From an uncultured Candidatus Saccharibacteria bacterium (GTDB lineage Bacteria; Patescibacteriota; WWE3; UBA101185; UBA10185), in the NCBI GenBank assembly GCA_964387275.1, contig CAYLVW010000001.1, positions 291,508-355,507 of the forward strand: a DNA stretch of 64,000 bases, given 5' to 3'. Below the pieces are notes generated by a model that saw only the letters and a program-made list of their open reading frames with translations, made no database searches and was not told the origin of the DNA. A program made the position numbers and the translations under genes. Position 1 is the stretch's first letter, and every line of letters starts with the position of its first letter. This document shows positions 19,944 through 30,729 of the stretch, piece after piece.

Positions 19944-21767
19944 ATGGAATTTAAATTTGCACTAGACAACCCACCATACGAATATATAACAGAGTATTCT
20001 CAGGGGGAGAGAGCTTTATTGGAACTCGCTGAGATGCCTATACTTGGCCTTGATATTGAATCCACTGGCCTTGATCCCTATACAAGTCACCTGCTTCTAG
20101 TACAAATAGGAGATGCTAATAAGTCTTATATTTTTGACGCTAGGATTTTAGATCTTAAAAATTTACCAAAACTTAAAGAAATTTGTGAGAACACAAAGGT
20201 AATAAAACTTATGCAAAACGGTAAGTTTGACTATGGATTTTTGGCACACCAGCTTGATATTAGGGTGAATAATATATTTGATACGCTGCTTGCTGAGTCA
20301 TTACTGGGTGCAGGTATGCGCGGAAAGTCAGCCTCACTTAAAGAACTCTGTATGACTTATTTGCAGGTAGATTTGGATAAAACCATCCGAAAAAGTTTTG
20401 CAGGTTACACAGGGAAAATAACAGAAGAGCAACTGAGGTACTCAGCACTAGATACTTTGCTACTCTTTCCAATCTTTGAACAACAAACTGAGAGACTTAA
20501 AAAAGAAAATCTGGTTAATATCGCAAAATTAGAATTTTCTGTTACAAGGGTTGTTGCTGAAATGGAACTTAATGGGATTCATATAGATGTACCTAAATGG
20601 AGAGGAATTATTAATAATCTATCAGTAAAAAGAGATAAGTACATGACAGATTTTTATAATGAAATAAGACCTTACTATCAGACTAGTCAATTTGATTTAT
20701 TCGGAAATGCTACGGAACCAATTAATATTAACTCTCAAGTTCAGTTGATGGATCTGTTTAATAACAAACTTAAGTTAAATATCCCATCCACCGGAGATCC
20801 AATACTAGAAACACTCGATCATCCTGTTGCAAAAATTTTGCGTGATTATAGAGGATATGAAAAACTTATTTCTGCATTTGGAGAGTCTTTGTTACAAAAA
20901 GTAAATCCTGTAAGTGGCAGAATACACCCAGATTTCCAACAACTTGGTACAGCGACTGGGAGATTTTCTTGTAGGAATCCTAACTTACAACAAATTCCCC
21001 AAAAATCTGCTGAAGTTCCTTTTAGGGAGTGTTTTACTCCGGCTGAGGGCTACATGTTGGTTGTTACAGACTACTCGGCAATGGAAATGAGAATCCTCGC
21101 AGATTTATCAGGTGATGAGATGCTGGTTAAAGCAATTAAAGAGGGTTATGATTTGCACTCTCACACAGCGTCACTAATGTTTAACTTGGAATATACAAAT
21201 GATTTCAAAAAGAAATACCCACAACAAAGACAAGATGCAAAGGCCATTAATTTTGGTTTAGTTTATGGTATGGGGGCAGGAGGCTTAGCAAGGCAGATTG
21301 GTAAAACTCCTGAAGAAGCCAAGGAACTTATGGAAAGATATTTCAAAAATTACCCTAAAATTAAGAGATGGTTAGATACAGCAGGCGCAGAAGCAGTAAA
21401 AAACGGTTGGAGTTCTACCCCAGCCGGTAGGAAGAGATGGTACCATCCACTTGATCCCATGGACCCTGATTATAAGAAGAACAAAGCCAAAATCGAAAGA
21501 GAAGCCAAAAATCATCCAATACAAGGAACTAATGCTGATATTACTAAATATGCAATGGTGTTTTTACAAGAAAGGCTCAAAAAAGATAAAGTTGATGGCT
21601 CTGTGATATTAACAGTACATGATGAGGTAGTGTGTGAAGTTCGTGAAGATCAAGCAGAGGATTGGGCCAAAATACAACAAGCAGAAATGATTAGAGCTGC
21701 AGAATTAATTATTAAAAAAGTACCAATAGCATCAGAACCTTTCGTAGGTAAGGTTTGGGAGCACTAA
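19944..21767 (+). CDS. polA: Family-A DNA polymerase (Pol I-like) with a 3'-5' exonuclease domain but no 5'-3' nuclease domain.
   Basis: Exo I LGLDIES, motif A DYSAMEMRILA, motif B RQDAKAINFGLVYG, motif C VHDEVV. Only 607 aa. Confidence 0.85.
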   Translation: MEFKFALDNPPYEYITEYSQGERALLELAEMPILGLDIESTGLDPYTSHLLLVQIGDANKSYIFDARILDLKNLPKLKEICENTKVIKLMQNGKFDYGFLAHQLDIRVNNIFDTLLAESLLGAGMRGKSASLKELCMTYLQVDLDKTIRKSFAGYTGKITEEQLRYSALDTLLLFPIFEQQTERLKKENLVNIAKLEFSVTRVVAEMELNGIHIDVPKWRGIINNLSVKRDKYMTDFYNEIRPYYQTSQFDLFGNATEPININSQVQLMDLFNNKLKLNIPSTGDPILETLDHPVAKILRDYRGYEKLISAFGESLLQKVNPVSGRIHPDFQQLGTATGRFSCRNPNLQQIPQKSAEVPFRECFTPAEGYMLVVTDYSAMEMRILADLSGDEMLVKAIKEGYDLHSHTASLMFNLEYTNDFKKKYPQQRQDAKAINFGLVYGMGAGGLARQIGKTPEEAKELMERYFKNYPKIKRWLDTAGAEAVKNGWSSTPAGRKRWYHPLDPMDPDYKKNKAKIEREAKNHPIQGTNADITKYAMVFLQERLKKDKVDGSVILTVHDEVVCEVREDQAEDWAKIQQAEMIRAAELIIKKVPIASEPFVGKVWEH

Positions 21768-21806
21768 GCTGTTGATTAGTTAATATAAATAACTGTAGCA
21801 TTAGAT

Positions 21807-23444
21807 ATGCCAAATAATCTGGAAGCTATTGCTAGTTTAACAGATGAAGACAATGGTAATAGTTCAGATATTACTGAGCCTGTTGACATAGATACAATTA
21901 GAGGCTTGGGTTCTGTGGAGAAGGAAGGATTTGTACCTTTTGATGCAGAAACAGTTAATGTAAAACTTGGTAACCTGCTAAAAGTGTCCACTTCTAAGGA
22001 ATCCAATGCTAAAGAGGCACTTGCTGAATATAAAGAGTTAGAGCCCCATATTAGATATCATTTAACGGAGATAAGTGATATAGATAGTACAATCTCTATC
22101 ATTTCGGGACTAAAAAACTTCTTAGAGTTTGGTATAGGTACCAATGAATTAGTTGCAACTCAGATTGAACGATTGCTTGATAGTTGTAGTTCAGTCCTAC
22201 TTAAAGATTTGGAAGCTAGGGGTCCCCAATATACTTACTTATTGTTTAGTACCTATGGACTTGTATCCCCACACAGAATACCAAACCAAGCTTTTAAAGA
22301 GTTCGAAAATATTGAAGATAGACTTAAAGGCATTATCCTTAGTGAGCCTCTACTTGTAGATTCTATAGGGCGTAGAGTTACTGCTACAAGAAGCTTTGAA
22401 GATTCTACCACCTATGAGATGCATTCTACCTTTCCAAATCTCTACCAGTTAAGGTACTGGTTTGCAAATCCTGAGGAGCTTAGTACTTCCCTAGCACCTA
22501 CATTTAAAAGAATGCATGATTTATTTCCCGGTTTTGATAGTTTAATTACTGGATATAGCCTCGCATTAGATGCAAAGTACTATAAATTAATTTATGGTGA
22601 TACATTGTGTGGGTTGGTAGGTGAAGAAAATGTAGACCGGTTACTCTTAAGTTGGGTTGGGAATATAGGCAAGAAAACCACAAAAGCAAGTTTCTATGGT
22701 CCAGAAAATGTTTCAAAAAACATAAAGCTAATGCAGGATCTAGAAGAAACTGCACAAGGAGCTGTTAAGGTTCTCATGGAACCTCCATTTAATATTCGTA
22801 ATTTTGGTAGATATGATGGACATGATTTATACATGCAATATCGTCAAAGGGATTTACCTGGTTACTATATACTTGTGGTAACACCAGATGATGACCATAA
22901 CGGTGTGTTTTACGGGAAAAATAATTTTAGTGAGCTGGCAGATTCTGCTAAAACCGCCAATTTATATGTAAGATTTGCAGAAGTGGGTAAAGCTACCGGT
23001 AGGAGAAATAGTTTGTCCAGGCTGCACAGTAATTTACATGCAAAGTATGGCGAGGCCAAAATTGTGTGTGGTGTACTATCCGGACATGGGGATGTTGACA
23101 TTCAAAAAATACAACTAGGTAATTCACATGTGTCCTCTGCTATTTTTGGCGAAGAAGATTATAAAATTTCAAAAAGACCACAATTGATAAGAAGTTGCTA
23201 TACACCTAATGCAGTTATTTTTGTGAATTCATGTGGTTTAGGGGCTGATAAAGATGACAGTTTTGCAAAATTTGTTTCTGGGGTAACAGGATTAAAAACA
23301 GTGGGATCAAGTGATTCTATAATACCCCTACACCTGATGGTAGAGAGAACGCCTGAAGGAGGTTTAAAGTATAGGTATTCTTACAATATAGATTACGATA
23401 AACCTGCTGGAGTTAACGTATATTTAAATGCTGAAAAGCTATAA
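21807..23444 (+). CDS. Hypothetical cytoplasmic protein with a C-terminal caspase/metacaspase-like (clan CD, CHAT-like) domain.
   Basis: A beta-strand followed by His (KIVCGVLSGHGD), then 49 aa later a beta-strand followed by Cys (AVIFVNSCGLG). This reproduces the caspase His-Cys dyad spacing and the metacaspase YSGHG/DSCHSG-like motifs. Confidence 0.4.
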   Translation: MPNNLEAIASLTDEDNGNSSDITEPVDIDTIRGLGSVEKEGFVPFDAETVNVKLGNLLKVSTSKESNAKEALAEYKELEPHIRYHLTEISDIDSTISIISGLKNFLEFGIGTNELVATQIERLLDSCSSVLLKDLEARGPQYTYLLFSTYGLVSPHRIPNQAFKEFENIEDRLKGIILSEPLLVDSIGRRVTATRSFEDSTTYEMHSTFPNLYQLRYWFANPEELSTSLAPTFKRMHDLFPGFDSLITGYSLALDAKYYKLIYGDTLCGLVGEENVDRLLLSWVGNIGKKTTKASFYGPENVSKNIKLMQDLEETAQGAVKVLMEPPFNIRNFGRYDGHDLYMQYRQRDLPGYYILVVTPDDDHNGVFYGKNNFSELADSAKTANLYVRFAEVGKATGRRNSLSRLHSNLHAKYGEAKIVCGVLSGHGDVDIQKIQLGNSHVSSAIFGEEDYKISKRPQLIRSCYTPNAVIFVNSCGLGADKDDSFAKFVSGVTGLKTVGSSDSIIPLHLMVERTPEGGLKYRYSYNIDYDKPAGVNVYLNAEKL

Positions 23445-23496
23445 GTTAGCAATTAAGACTTGCATCTGCTAAATAAAATGTGGTAATATTTTCGAT

Positions 23497-25578
23497 ATGG
23501 TCATCTGCCACAGATGCGGACAAAAACCCGCAGTAATATCCACTAATAAAATAATAGATGGTAGACAGGTTTATGTTGCTTTATGCGAGCAATGTTACAA
23601 CGAGCTCCAAAAAGAAACTGTTTCTACATCAAAAATTGATAAATTTGGTCGCGACCTCACTACTATGGCAAAAGATGGGAAACTAGATCCTGTGATAGGT
23701 AGAAGACAGGAGATAGAACGTGTCGTGCATATTCTTTCAAGACGAACAAAAAATAACCCTGTACTTATAGGGGATCCAGGTGTCGGTAAGACCGCAATTG
23801 CAGAGGGTTTGGCCCAGAGAATTGTCAACGGACAAGTTCCAGAACCTCTTAGAAATAAAAGAGTTTTCGCCCTTGATCTTGCCTCAATACTTGCAGGAAC
23901 ATCACATAGAGGTATGTTTGAAAGTAGATTAAAAGACATAATTCAAGAAGTCGTAGATGCACAGGGGCAGATTATACTTTTTGTGGATGAACTGCATACA
24001 GTCGTTGGTGCCGGTAATGCTGAAGGAGCTATGGATGCTGCAAATATTTTAAAACCTGCTCTTGCTCGAGGAGAGCTCCAAATGGTCGGTGCAACAACTA
24101 TCGATGAATACAGAAAATATATAGAAAAAGATGCTGCTCTAGAGCGTAGATTTCAGCCAATTATGGTTAATGAACCTACTACAGAAGAAACTGTTGAAAT
24201 AATCAAAGGCTTGAGGGATCGCTATGAAAAACACCACCAAGTAAAAATACTGGATGACGCTATTGTTACCTCAGTAAAAATGTCAGATCGCTATATTAGT
24301 GATAGATTCTTACCTGATAAAGCAATTGATCTTATTGATGAGGCTTCGGCTCTGATAAGACTCTCCCAAGTTAAAGAACCGGAGAATTTAAAAATTGTTG
24401 AGGATGAAATTGCTGAAATTAAATCCAAAATAAGATCTAAACCCTCTACTGAAGAAAAGTCTAAGCTAGATAAAAAACTAACAGAACTAGAAAAAGTTAG
24501 AGGTGAGCTTGTGGATATTTGGACAAAGACAAAACTAGAGGAAATACCTGAAGTAAATGAAGATGCAGTAATAAAAGTAGTGAGCAGGGCAACGGGTATC
24601 CCGTTGGAGAAACTCTCAATTGAAGAGAAAGACAGATTACTAAACATGGAGGAAAATCTTCATAAGCGTATTGTAGGTCAGCATGAAGCCGTATCTCTAG
24701 TTTCTGAGGCAGTTAGAAGAGCAAGATCTGGTCTAAAAGATCCAAAAAGACCGATTGGTACTTTCTTATTTTTAGGTCCTACGGGTGTTGGTAAAACTGA
24801 GCTTTCTAAAGCCTTAGCCGAAGTTTTATATGGAGACGAAAACCAGATTGTCCGATTAGACATGAGTGAATATATGGAAAAACATTCTGTAAGTAAGATG
24901 CTTGGGGCTCCTCCAGGATACATTGGATACGATAAGCCCGGAGGTCTTACTGAGATAGTAAGAAGAAAACCATTTTCTGTGGTTTTATTAGACGAAATAG
25001 AGAAAGCTCACCCAGATGTCTTTAACTCCTTGCTACAAATAATGGAGGATGGAAGACTAACTGATTCAAAGGGAAGAACAGTAGATTTTAAAAACACCAT
25101 TATAATTATGACTTCAAATGTAGGTTCTGAACTACTTAGAAAAGCAGATATAGGATTTACAGGGGAAGGTGCAAAAGAATCAAGTAAAATTGAATTTGAA
25201 AACAAGGTACTTAGATTATTAAAAGACAGTTTCAAACCAGAGTTCCTAAATAGAATTGACGAGATTGTGATTTTTGGTTCTCTTAGCAAAGAAGACATTA
25301 CTGTAATATCAGACAAAATGCTTGCTAAAACACAAAAGCTTTTAGTTGAACACAGTATCACACTGAAAATTGATGCGAAAGCAAAAGATTTTATTGTTGA
25401 CAATGGATATAACGAAGAATATGGTGCACGGCCTTTAAGAAGACTGATTCAAAAAGAAATTGAGAATCCAATAGCATCAAAGCTCATAAGCGGAGAAATC
25501 AAAGATGGAGATGAGGTTAGTGTCTCAGCGGGAAAATCCGGCTTATCTTTTAAAGTATCTGCAATTGTAAAACAGTAG
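23497..25578 (+). CDS. clpE: Clp/Hsp100 ATPase of ClpE/ClpC type: N-terminal C4 zinc ribbon, two AAA+ modules, ClpP-docking IGF loop.
   Basis: CxxC..CxxC at the N-terminus; Walker A GDPGVGKT and GPTGVGKT; IGF (DIGFTG). Confidence 0.8.
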   Translation: MVICHRCGQKPAVISTNKIIDGRQVYVALCEQCYNELQKETVSTSKIDKFGRDLTTMAKDGKLDPVIGRRQEIERVVHILSRRTKNNPVLIGDPGVGKTAIAEGLAQRIVNGQVPEPLRNKRVFALDLASILAGTSHRGMFESRLKDIIQEVVDAQGQIILFVDELHTVVGAGNAEGAMDAANILKPALARGELQMVGATTIDEYRKYIEKDAALERRFQPIMVNEPTTEETVEIIKGLRDRYEKHHQVKILDDAIVTSVKMSDRYISDRFLPDKAIDLIDEASALIRLSQVKEPENLKIVEDEIAEIKSKIRSKPSTEEKSKLDKKLTELEKVRGELVDIWTKTKLEEIPEVNEDAVIKVVSRATGIPLEKLSIEEKDRLLNMEENLHKRIVGQHEAVSLVSEAVRRARSGLKDPKRPIGTFLFLGPTGVGKTELSKALAEVLYGDENQIVRLDMSEYMEKHSVSKMLGAPPGYIGYDKPGGLTEIVRRKPFSVVLLDEIEKAHPDVFNSLLQIMEDGRLTDSKGRTVDFKNTIIIMTSNVGSELLRKADIGFTGEGAKESSKIEFENKVLRLLKDSFKPEFLNRIDEIVIFGSLSKEDITVISDKMLAKTQKLLVEHSITLKIDAKAKDFIVDNGYNEEYGARPLRRLIQKEIENPIASKLISGEIKDGDEVSVSAGKSGLSFKVSAIVKQ

Positions 25579-25741
25579 ACATAGTATCTCTAGGAATTGC
25601 CTGTTTTGGTCGGATTCTTACCATAAATTATCATGCAAGTTTGCATACTAGGGTCTTTTTTGTCTGAAGCTACCCAGTCTCAGTAGACCCAAATATAAAG
25701 ATCTTGATAACATATTCTGTATCTGGTATCATCCTCAAGTT

Positions 25742-26089
25742 ATGGAAAACACGGCAAAAAACAACAATTTACCTGTATTTGGATCTGGTGACACTGTAAA
25801 AGTTCACTATAAGATCGTAGAAGGTGACAAAACAAGAACTCAACCTTACGAGGGCATTGTTATATCCAAAAGGGGAGCCGGAGTTTCTAAAAGCTTTACT
25901 GTTAGAAGAATTGGTGCTGATAATGTCGGTATCGAGAGAATTTTCCCACTGTATTCACCAAATATTGAAAAAATAGAAGTAACAAGACACGGTAAGACGA
26001 GAAGAGCCAAGCTTTTCTACCTACGAGATAAAAAGGGTAAAGAAGCTACCAAAGTAAAAGAGGCTACTAAGCAACAAATTGTTAAATAA
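25742..26089 (+). CDS. rplS: 50S ribosomal protein L19.
   Basis: Strong match to the L19 core ([32 protein letters not shown]...[19 protein letters not shown]). Confidence 0.9.
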   Translation: MENTAKNNNLPVFGSGDTVKVHYKIVEGDKTRTQPYEGIVISKRGAGVSKSFTVRRIGADNVGIERIFPLYSPNIEKIEVTRHGKTRRAKLFYLRDKKGKEATKVKEATKQQIVK

Positions 26090-26140
26090 GAAGTAAGAAC
26101 ATCTACAAATTTGTTAAAAGTATTTACTGTAAGTCCTATC

Positions 26141-26578
26141 CTACACTAGAGTGTCTATCTGTTCAGGATCATCCTGTGTTTCTACTGCATTACTTAATAA
26201 TCTATCTATATCTTCTAAATTCTTATGACTAATCTGTACACGCTCAACTTTGTATTTTAAACCCCCGTCCAAATCTTTTCCTTTACTTATAACCCCACTA
26301 GGCCCATATTTAGGTGAGCCTGGGTAGATTACTCTAATAACAAACCCGTCCTGTGGGACAATATCAACCTCATCAGGTAGATCAACTAAGTCTAAACCTT
26401 GTTTTAATTGAGCATATACTGTTTTAATCTGCTCAATTGTCCGGTACAGACTTTTAGTTTGTTTAAACAGTTGCTCCTTTATCTCGCCGTGCCTTGGTGA
26501 CCCAGACTTCATCTCTATCAATCCACAAATTACTGCTCTTTTTTTATTTGAAACTGGATCATCGACAATTGAGAGCAA
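26141..26578 (-). CDS. Hypothetical protein (145 aa), last gene of the PAS-kinase operon.
   Basis: Co-oriented with, and closely spaced to, the upstream small ORF and the kinase gene. No motif recognised. Confidence 0.35.
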   Translation of the reverse strand: MLSIVDDPVSNKKRAVICGLIEMKSGSPRHGEIKEQLFKQTKSLYRTIEQIKTVYAQLKQGLDLVDLPDEVDIVPQDGFVIRVIYPGSPKYGPSGVISKGKDLDGGLKYKVERVQISHKNLEDIDRLLSNAVETQDDPEQIDTLV

Positions 26579-26658
26579 AAGCCCATCTGGATTCGGTAGG
26601 GTACGTGCCTTATAACCAAGGTTAATTTTGATTGTTGCTGCTTCAGTATCTGGCTGTA

Positions 26659-27024
26659 CTACTTCACTAGGTACTTGCTTTTTCTATTAAATACTTTTAG
26701 ATGCTCAGGTGTTGGCGGATACACACTTAATTCACGCGTTGTTGGTTCTCTCGCCAGACTAAGTATAAAGTTTGATAGGACAATATGCTCATTAGTCTCT
26801 TTCAAAATATGTCTAGTCACTAGTAACTCAAAAATACGCCCATACCTATTACCCGCAACTTTCATTTCGGTAATCTCGGCTGCTTCCTCGGGAGTGATAA
26901 GTTTAGCTAATTCTTCTGCGACTGTGCCTGACTCTATTTTTACTTTAGATTCGGCTTCACCTGGCTCTGTTTCTAGTTGAGGCTCCTGAACTAAACTCGA
27001 GATCATGTCACTTTTTCCCCTCAA
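26659..27024 (-). CDS. Hypothetical acidic protein (121 aa); overlaps the 3' end of the kinase gene by 17 bp.
   Basis: Translational coupling with the PAS kinase; it has no receiver-domain motifs. Confidence 0.35.
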   Translation of the reverse strand: MRGKSDMISSLVQEPQLETEPGEAESKVKIESGTVAEELAKLITPEEAAEITEMKVAGNRYGRIFELLVTRHILKETNEHIVLSNFILSLAREPTTRELSVYPPTPEHLKVFNRKSKYLVK

Positions 27025-28111
27025 TAAACAATGAAAAACTAAATATAGAGCCCTTACCCTCAGTGCTTTCGGCCCAAATGCGACCTTTATAAGATTCTAT
27101 TATTTTTTTGCAAATAAAAAGGCTAATACCTGTTCCATACTCCATCTCAAGAGCTGTAGATTTAACACGGTAAAATTTCTCAAAAACATGTTCTAAATTT
27201 TTTGATGGGATACCTGATCCTGTATCTTGAATACTTGTGACTATCTCCTCACCTTGCTGACCTAAAGTCACAGAAACCCCTCCTTGTTCTGTGTATTTTA
27301 TTGCATTATCCAGTAATCTTCCGAGCACTTCTTGGATCATCTTAAAGTCGGCTCTAACGTAAGGCAATTTATAAATGGGTTTATTGAAAACTAAAGTTAA
27401 GTTTTTAGTTGAAGCTACTTGCTGATATCTATCAACTGTGACTCTAACTAGTTCTTCAAAATCAAATGATATAGCATTGGCGTTTGGTCTGCTTTGTTGT
27501 AAATCGGACAAGTTTAATAGTTTTTCTACAAGATCTTTAAGTTCATTTGCACCTTTAAGAGCATTCTCCAAATTCTCTATTTCACTTTGATTGAGTTTTT
27601 TAAGAGCATCTGGCGTTTTTAATGCTGATAGATAACCTCTAAGGATAGTAACAGGGGTTCGTAAAGTGTGAACGGACATTGATACAAAGTCTACTTTCAT
27701 CTTTTCAAATTCAGAAGCCTCGTCTATGTCTTTTATTATCATTATACAACCGAGATTTATTAGGGAAGCAGATTTGATTTTCCTTGTTTCTACACTTACA
27801 AGATTTAGCTTTTTATCAATATCTAATATATTAATTTTTGGATTTTCATATACCACTCCTTCTATATCAAACTCATTATTTGGGCAGTAAACATCACCAC
27901 TTACCTCTTCATCAGCATTAAAAAACTTAATTATAGTGCCTATGTCCTGTCCAACAGCTTGGTTTTTTGTGTAGCCTGTAAGCTTCTCAGCAGCCTTGTT
28001 AAAGAAAGAAATCTTGTGAGAAGTGTCTACGAGTACAACAGGGTTTTCTATAGAATTTAGAACAGTATTTAGCTTATTTTTTTCTACATCTAATTCCGTG
28101 GGCTGGAACAT
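27008..28111 (-). CDS. Cytoplasmic PAS-domain sensor histidine kinase.
   Basis: PAS N-terminus, HisKA H-box SVHTLRTPVT, HATPase_c N/G boxes (LLDNAIKYT, GTGISLFICK). No TM helices. Confidence 0.75.
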   Translation of the reverse strand: MFQPTELDVEKNKLNTVLNSIENPVVLVDTSHKISFFNKAAEKLTGYTKNQAVGQDIGTIIKFFNADEEVSGDVYCPNNEFDIEGVVYENPKINILDIDKKLNLVSVETRKIKSASLINLGCIMIIKDIDEASEFEKMKVDFVSMSVHTLRTPVTILRGYLSALKTPDALKKLNQSEIENLENALKGANELKDLVEKLLNLSDLQQSRPNANAISFDFEELVRVTVDRYQQVASTKNLTLVFNKPIYKLPYVRADFKMIQEVLGRLLDNAIKYTEQGGVSVTLGQQGEEIVTSIQDTGSGIPSKNLEHVFEKFYRVKSTALEMEYGTGISLFICKKIIESYKGRIWAESTEGKGSIFSFSLFIEGKK

Positions 28112-28190
28112 TGCTTAATTATAGAGGTATCCAGCTAAAATAGAAAACAGTATATTTATACGATCAAACTTATAGGTATAATTTAAGATA

Positions 28191-28703
28191 ATGAAATTAA
28201 CTAAAAAAACCGTACTAGGGATATTGAGTTTGTTAATAGCCATATTATTTGTTGCTTCGGGGTTACAACCTACCACCACAAGCAAGCCTGCTGTATTAGA
28301 TGGAGATAAGTTTTTGGTTTCTAGGGTTATAGATGGCGACACTATAGAGTTGGCTGAGGGACATACAGTAAGGTACATAGGTATTGATACCCCAGAAACT
28401 GTTAAACCAAATACTCCGATAGAGTGTTTTGGTAAAGAAGCTTCCAAAAGAAATAAAGAGCTGGTAGAAGGTAAGTATGTATCTCTCGAAAAAGATGTAA
28501 ACGAAACTGACAAGTATGGTAGGCTTCTTAGGTACGTTTATACTGAGGAATATTTTATTAATAAAAAACTTGTAGAAGATGGTTACGCTGAATCTGCTAG
28601 TTTTCCGCCAGATATAGCAAAACAAAGCGAACTTGATGAAGCAGAACGTTATGCCCGAGAAAATAATTTAGGCTTGTGGGGTAAATGTAATGAATACGAT
28701 TAA
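28191..28703 (+). CDS. Thermonuclease (staphylococcal nuclease/SNase homologue), membrane-anchored or secreted.
   Basis: N-terminal TM; SNase motifs VIDGDTIEL, GIDTPET, GRLLRYVY. Confidence 0.75.
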   Translation: MKLTKKTVLGILSLLIAILFVASGLQPTTTSKPAVLDGDKFLVSRVIDGDTIELAEGHTVRYIGIDTPETVKPNTPIECFGKEASKRNKELVEGKYVSLEKDVNETDKYGRLLRYVYTEEYFINKKLVEDGYAESASFPPDIAKQSELDEAERYARENNLGLWGKCNEYD

Positions 28704-30099
28704 TAGACAAGCAGCTCTATTCTTGTTAGTAGTTATCACCTTCTTTGCTTTTAGATTTATTGGATTAAAGAGCGATATGACCAATTCCGACGCCATAAGA
28801 TGGCATGAAAGATCTGAGAATTTTATAAACGCTTTTGTCAACGGTAACTACAAAGATACTTACCAGAAGTACCACCCAGGGGTCACCTTAATGTGGATTG
28901 TAGGTACTACAAAATACTTCTTGGGAGAATTTAGAGTACTTGGTATGGGCACTCATGTCACATACGATAATAAAGACTGGTATGAAACCGTAGATTTTGT
29001 CTCAAAACTGTCCGTCCTTGCTACAATCACATTACTTTTTAGTGTGAGCCTTAATATTATCTACAAATTATACGGTGCAAAAATAGCTATTCTGTTTGGC
29101 TTTATGGTCGCAGTTGAGCCTTACTTAATAGGTATTGATAGATGGTTGCACCTTACTTCTCTGGAAACATATTTGTGTTTAACAAGTTTTCTGGTAATCC
29201 TATACAAACAAAAAATTGGATATTTGGTGGGATCTGCATTTTTACTAAGTCTTGCGATTTTAACAAAAATCTCAGCTTTGTTTATTTTACCCGTCATTCT
29301 ATTTATAGTTCTTAAAAGAAACTCAGTCAAACATACTTTTTTATATTTAACCCTCATTAGTATATTTATTTTTATATTTTTTCCGGCTTTGTGGGTAGAG
29401 CCTATTGCTACTCTAGCCAAAATCCTAAGTGCTAGCGGTTCTGCAATAGACGGTAGCCTCAGAAGTGAAAACTCACTAACAAGTTATAGTTTTTATTTCG
29501 TAGTGTTAGCTATTAAAACAAGCGTTGTAACTATAGTGTTGCTTTTGGTTGCATTAAAAAATTCTTTTAGGAACAAATTAACTGGTAGTAAGTACTTAGT
29601 AATTTATTTTTGCTTAATATTTGTAGGACTTACTTCATCAGGTCAGAAAATTGACAGGTATGTTGTTACTTTACTGCCTATACTTTTACTTTTTATCGCA
29701 GTAAACATAAATAACTGGAGATCTATAGCAATTGCTAAATCAATAGAAACACTTTTGGTTTTAGTAATATTTTTCCCAATAATGTCGGGGTATTTTATTT
29801 ATACTCCAAAATCTTTTGAATTTATTAAAAACATGGGATTTTATGATAATAGTGGGGAATATTACAGAGATGCTGCTGTTTATTTAAACAATAAAAATTC
29901 TAAGGTGTTTGTACCTGACAATTTTGACACTTTTAACCCATATTACAAAGGTATTTATGGTATGTCCTATACTAATTCCGACTATGTAGTTACTTCGTAC
30001 GATGTTGATAGAAAAAACGCATATATTGAGGGTTGTACTATAGAGAAAGCTTTCGGTTCCAAAACTTACGTATCAGTTTTTGTTTTTAAATGTAATTAG
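28690..30099 (+). CDS. Glycosyltransferase family 39/83-like (PMT/ArnT-type) polytopic membrane protein.
   Basis: About 11 TM helices. The first extracytoplasmic loop has a conserved acidic D..D/KDxxxxxxxxHPG-like region (KSDMTNSD...KYHPGVTLMW). Confidence 0.5.
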   Translation: MNTINRQAALFLLVVITFFAFRFIGLKSDMTNSDAIRWHERSENFINAFVNGNYKDTYQKYHPGVTLMWIVGTTKYFLGEFRVLGMGTHVTYDNKDWYETVDFVSKLSVLATITLLFSVSLNIIYKLYGAKIAILFGFMVAVEPYLIGIDRWLHLTSLETYLCLTSFLVILYKQKIGYLVGSAFLLSLAILTKISALFILPVILFIVLKRNSVKHTFLYLTLISIFIFIFFPALWVEPIATLAKILSASGSAIDGSLRSENSLTSYSFYFVVLAIKTSVVTIVLLLVALKNSFRNKLTGSKYLVIYFCLIFVGLTSSGQKIDRYVVTLLPILLLFIAVNINNWRSIAIAKSIETLLVLVIFFPIMSGYFIYTPKSFEFIKNMGFYDNSGEYYRDAAVYLNNKNSKVFVPDNFDTFNPYYKGIYGMSYTNSDYVVTSYDVDRKNAYIEGCTIEKAFGSKTYVSVFVFKCN

Positions 30100-30244
30100 G
30101 TCTTTTAAGGTGTTTTATGGTACAATATGTGCACTCTAAGAAGCAAGAAATCTCCCACTTTCACTGAAAGCTAGTTTTCCCAGGTTTTAGATAGTAAACA
30201 TGTTTCGAAAAATGATAAGGCGGTGAATATTTAAAACCAAAGAA

Positions 30245-30520
30245 ATGACTAAGTTGTACGTGGGGAATCTCCCTTATAAGTTTAGAGATGCAGATTTAGG
30301 TAATTTGTTTTCTTCATACGGTACAGTACATTCAGCTTCAATCATCATGGATAGAGCTACAAGAAGAAGTAAAGGCTTCGGATTTGTAGAACTCGATGAC
30401 GATGCAGCACAAGCAGCAATTGCTGAAATGAATGGAAAAGACATCGAAGGCAGAAATTTAACTGTTAACGTTGCTAGACCAATGGAAAAAAGAGAAGACA
30501 GAGGCGATAGAAGATACTAA
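30245..30520 (+). CDS. RRM-type RNA-binding protein.
   Basis: RNP2 LYVGNL and RNP1 KGFGFVEL. An intrinsic terminator lies at 30541-30572. Confidence 0.8.
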   Translation: MTKLYVGNLPYKFRDADLGNLFSSYGTVHSASIIMDRATRRSKGFGFVELDDDAAQAAIAEMNGKDIEGRNLTVNVARPMEKREDRGDRRY

Positions 30521-30540
30521 TTCTAACATTCTGAAACGAG

Positions 30541-30572
30541 AAAAAGCTCCGGCTAATGCTGGAGCTTTTTTT
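30541..30572 (+). terminator. Intrinsic terminator: AAAAAGCTCCGGC-TAAT-GCTGGAGCTTTTTTT.
   Basis: Stem plus T-run immediately after the RRM gene. Confidence 0.55.
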
Positions 30573-30729
30573 ATAACTCAAACATTTTTCTGCTAGTATT
30601 CACGCGCAGGCGATAATTTCTCGTTTAAAGGAACGATTGAGACAATAAATTCCACAACACAAGTAAGCCCATATACATCGACTATTAAAAAGGGGCTTTT
30701 GTAGTGAGTGTACAAAAACCCCGTGAATG

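Noticed and set aside
25579-25741. A palindrome ATGCAA-gt-TTGCAT and a GGGTCT..AGACCC hairpin in the rplS leader, a possible L19 autoregulatory structure.
   Set aside because: Too short and generic to distinguish from a chance palindrome or a promoter element without comparative data.
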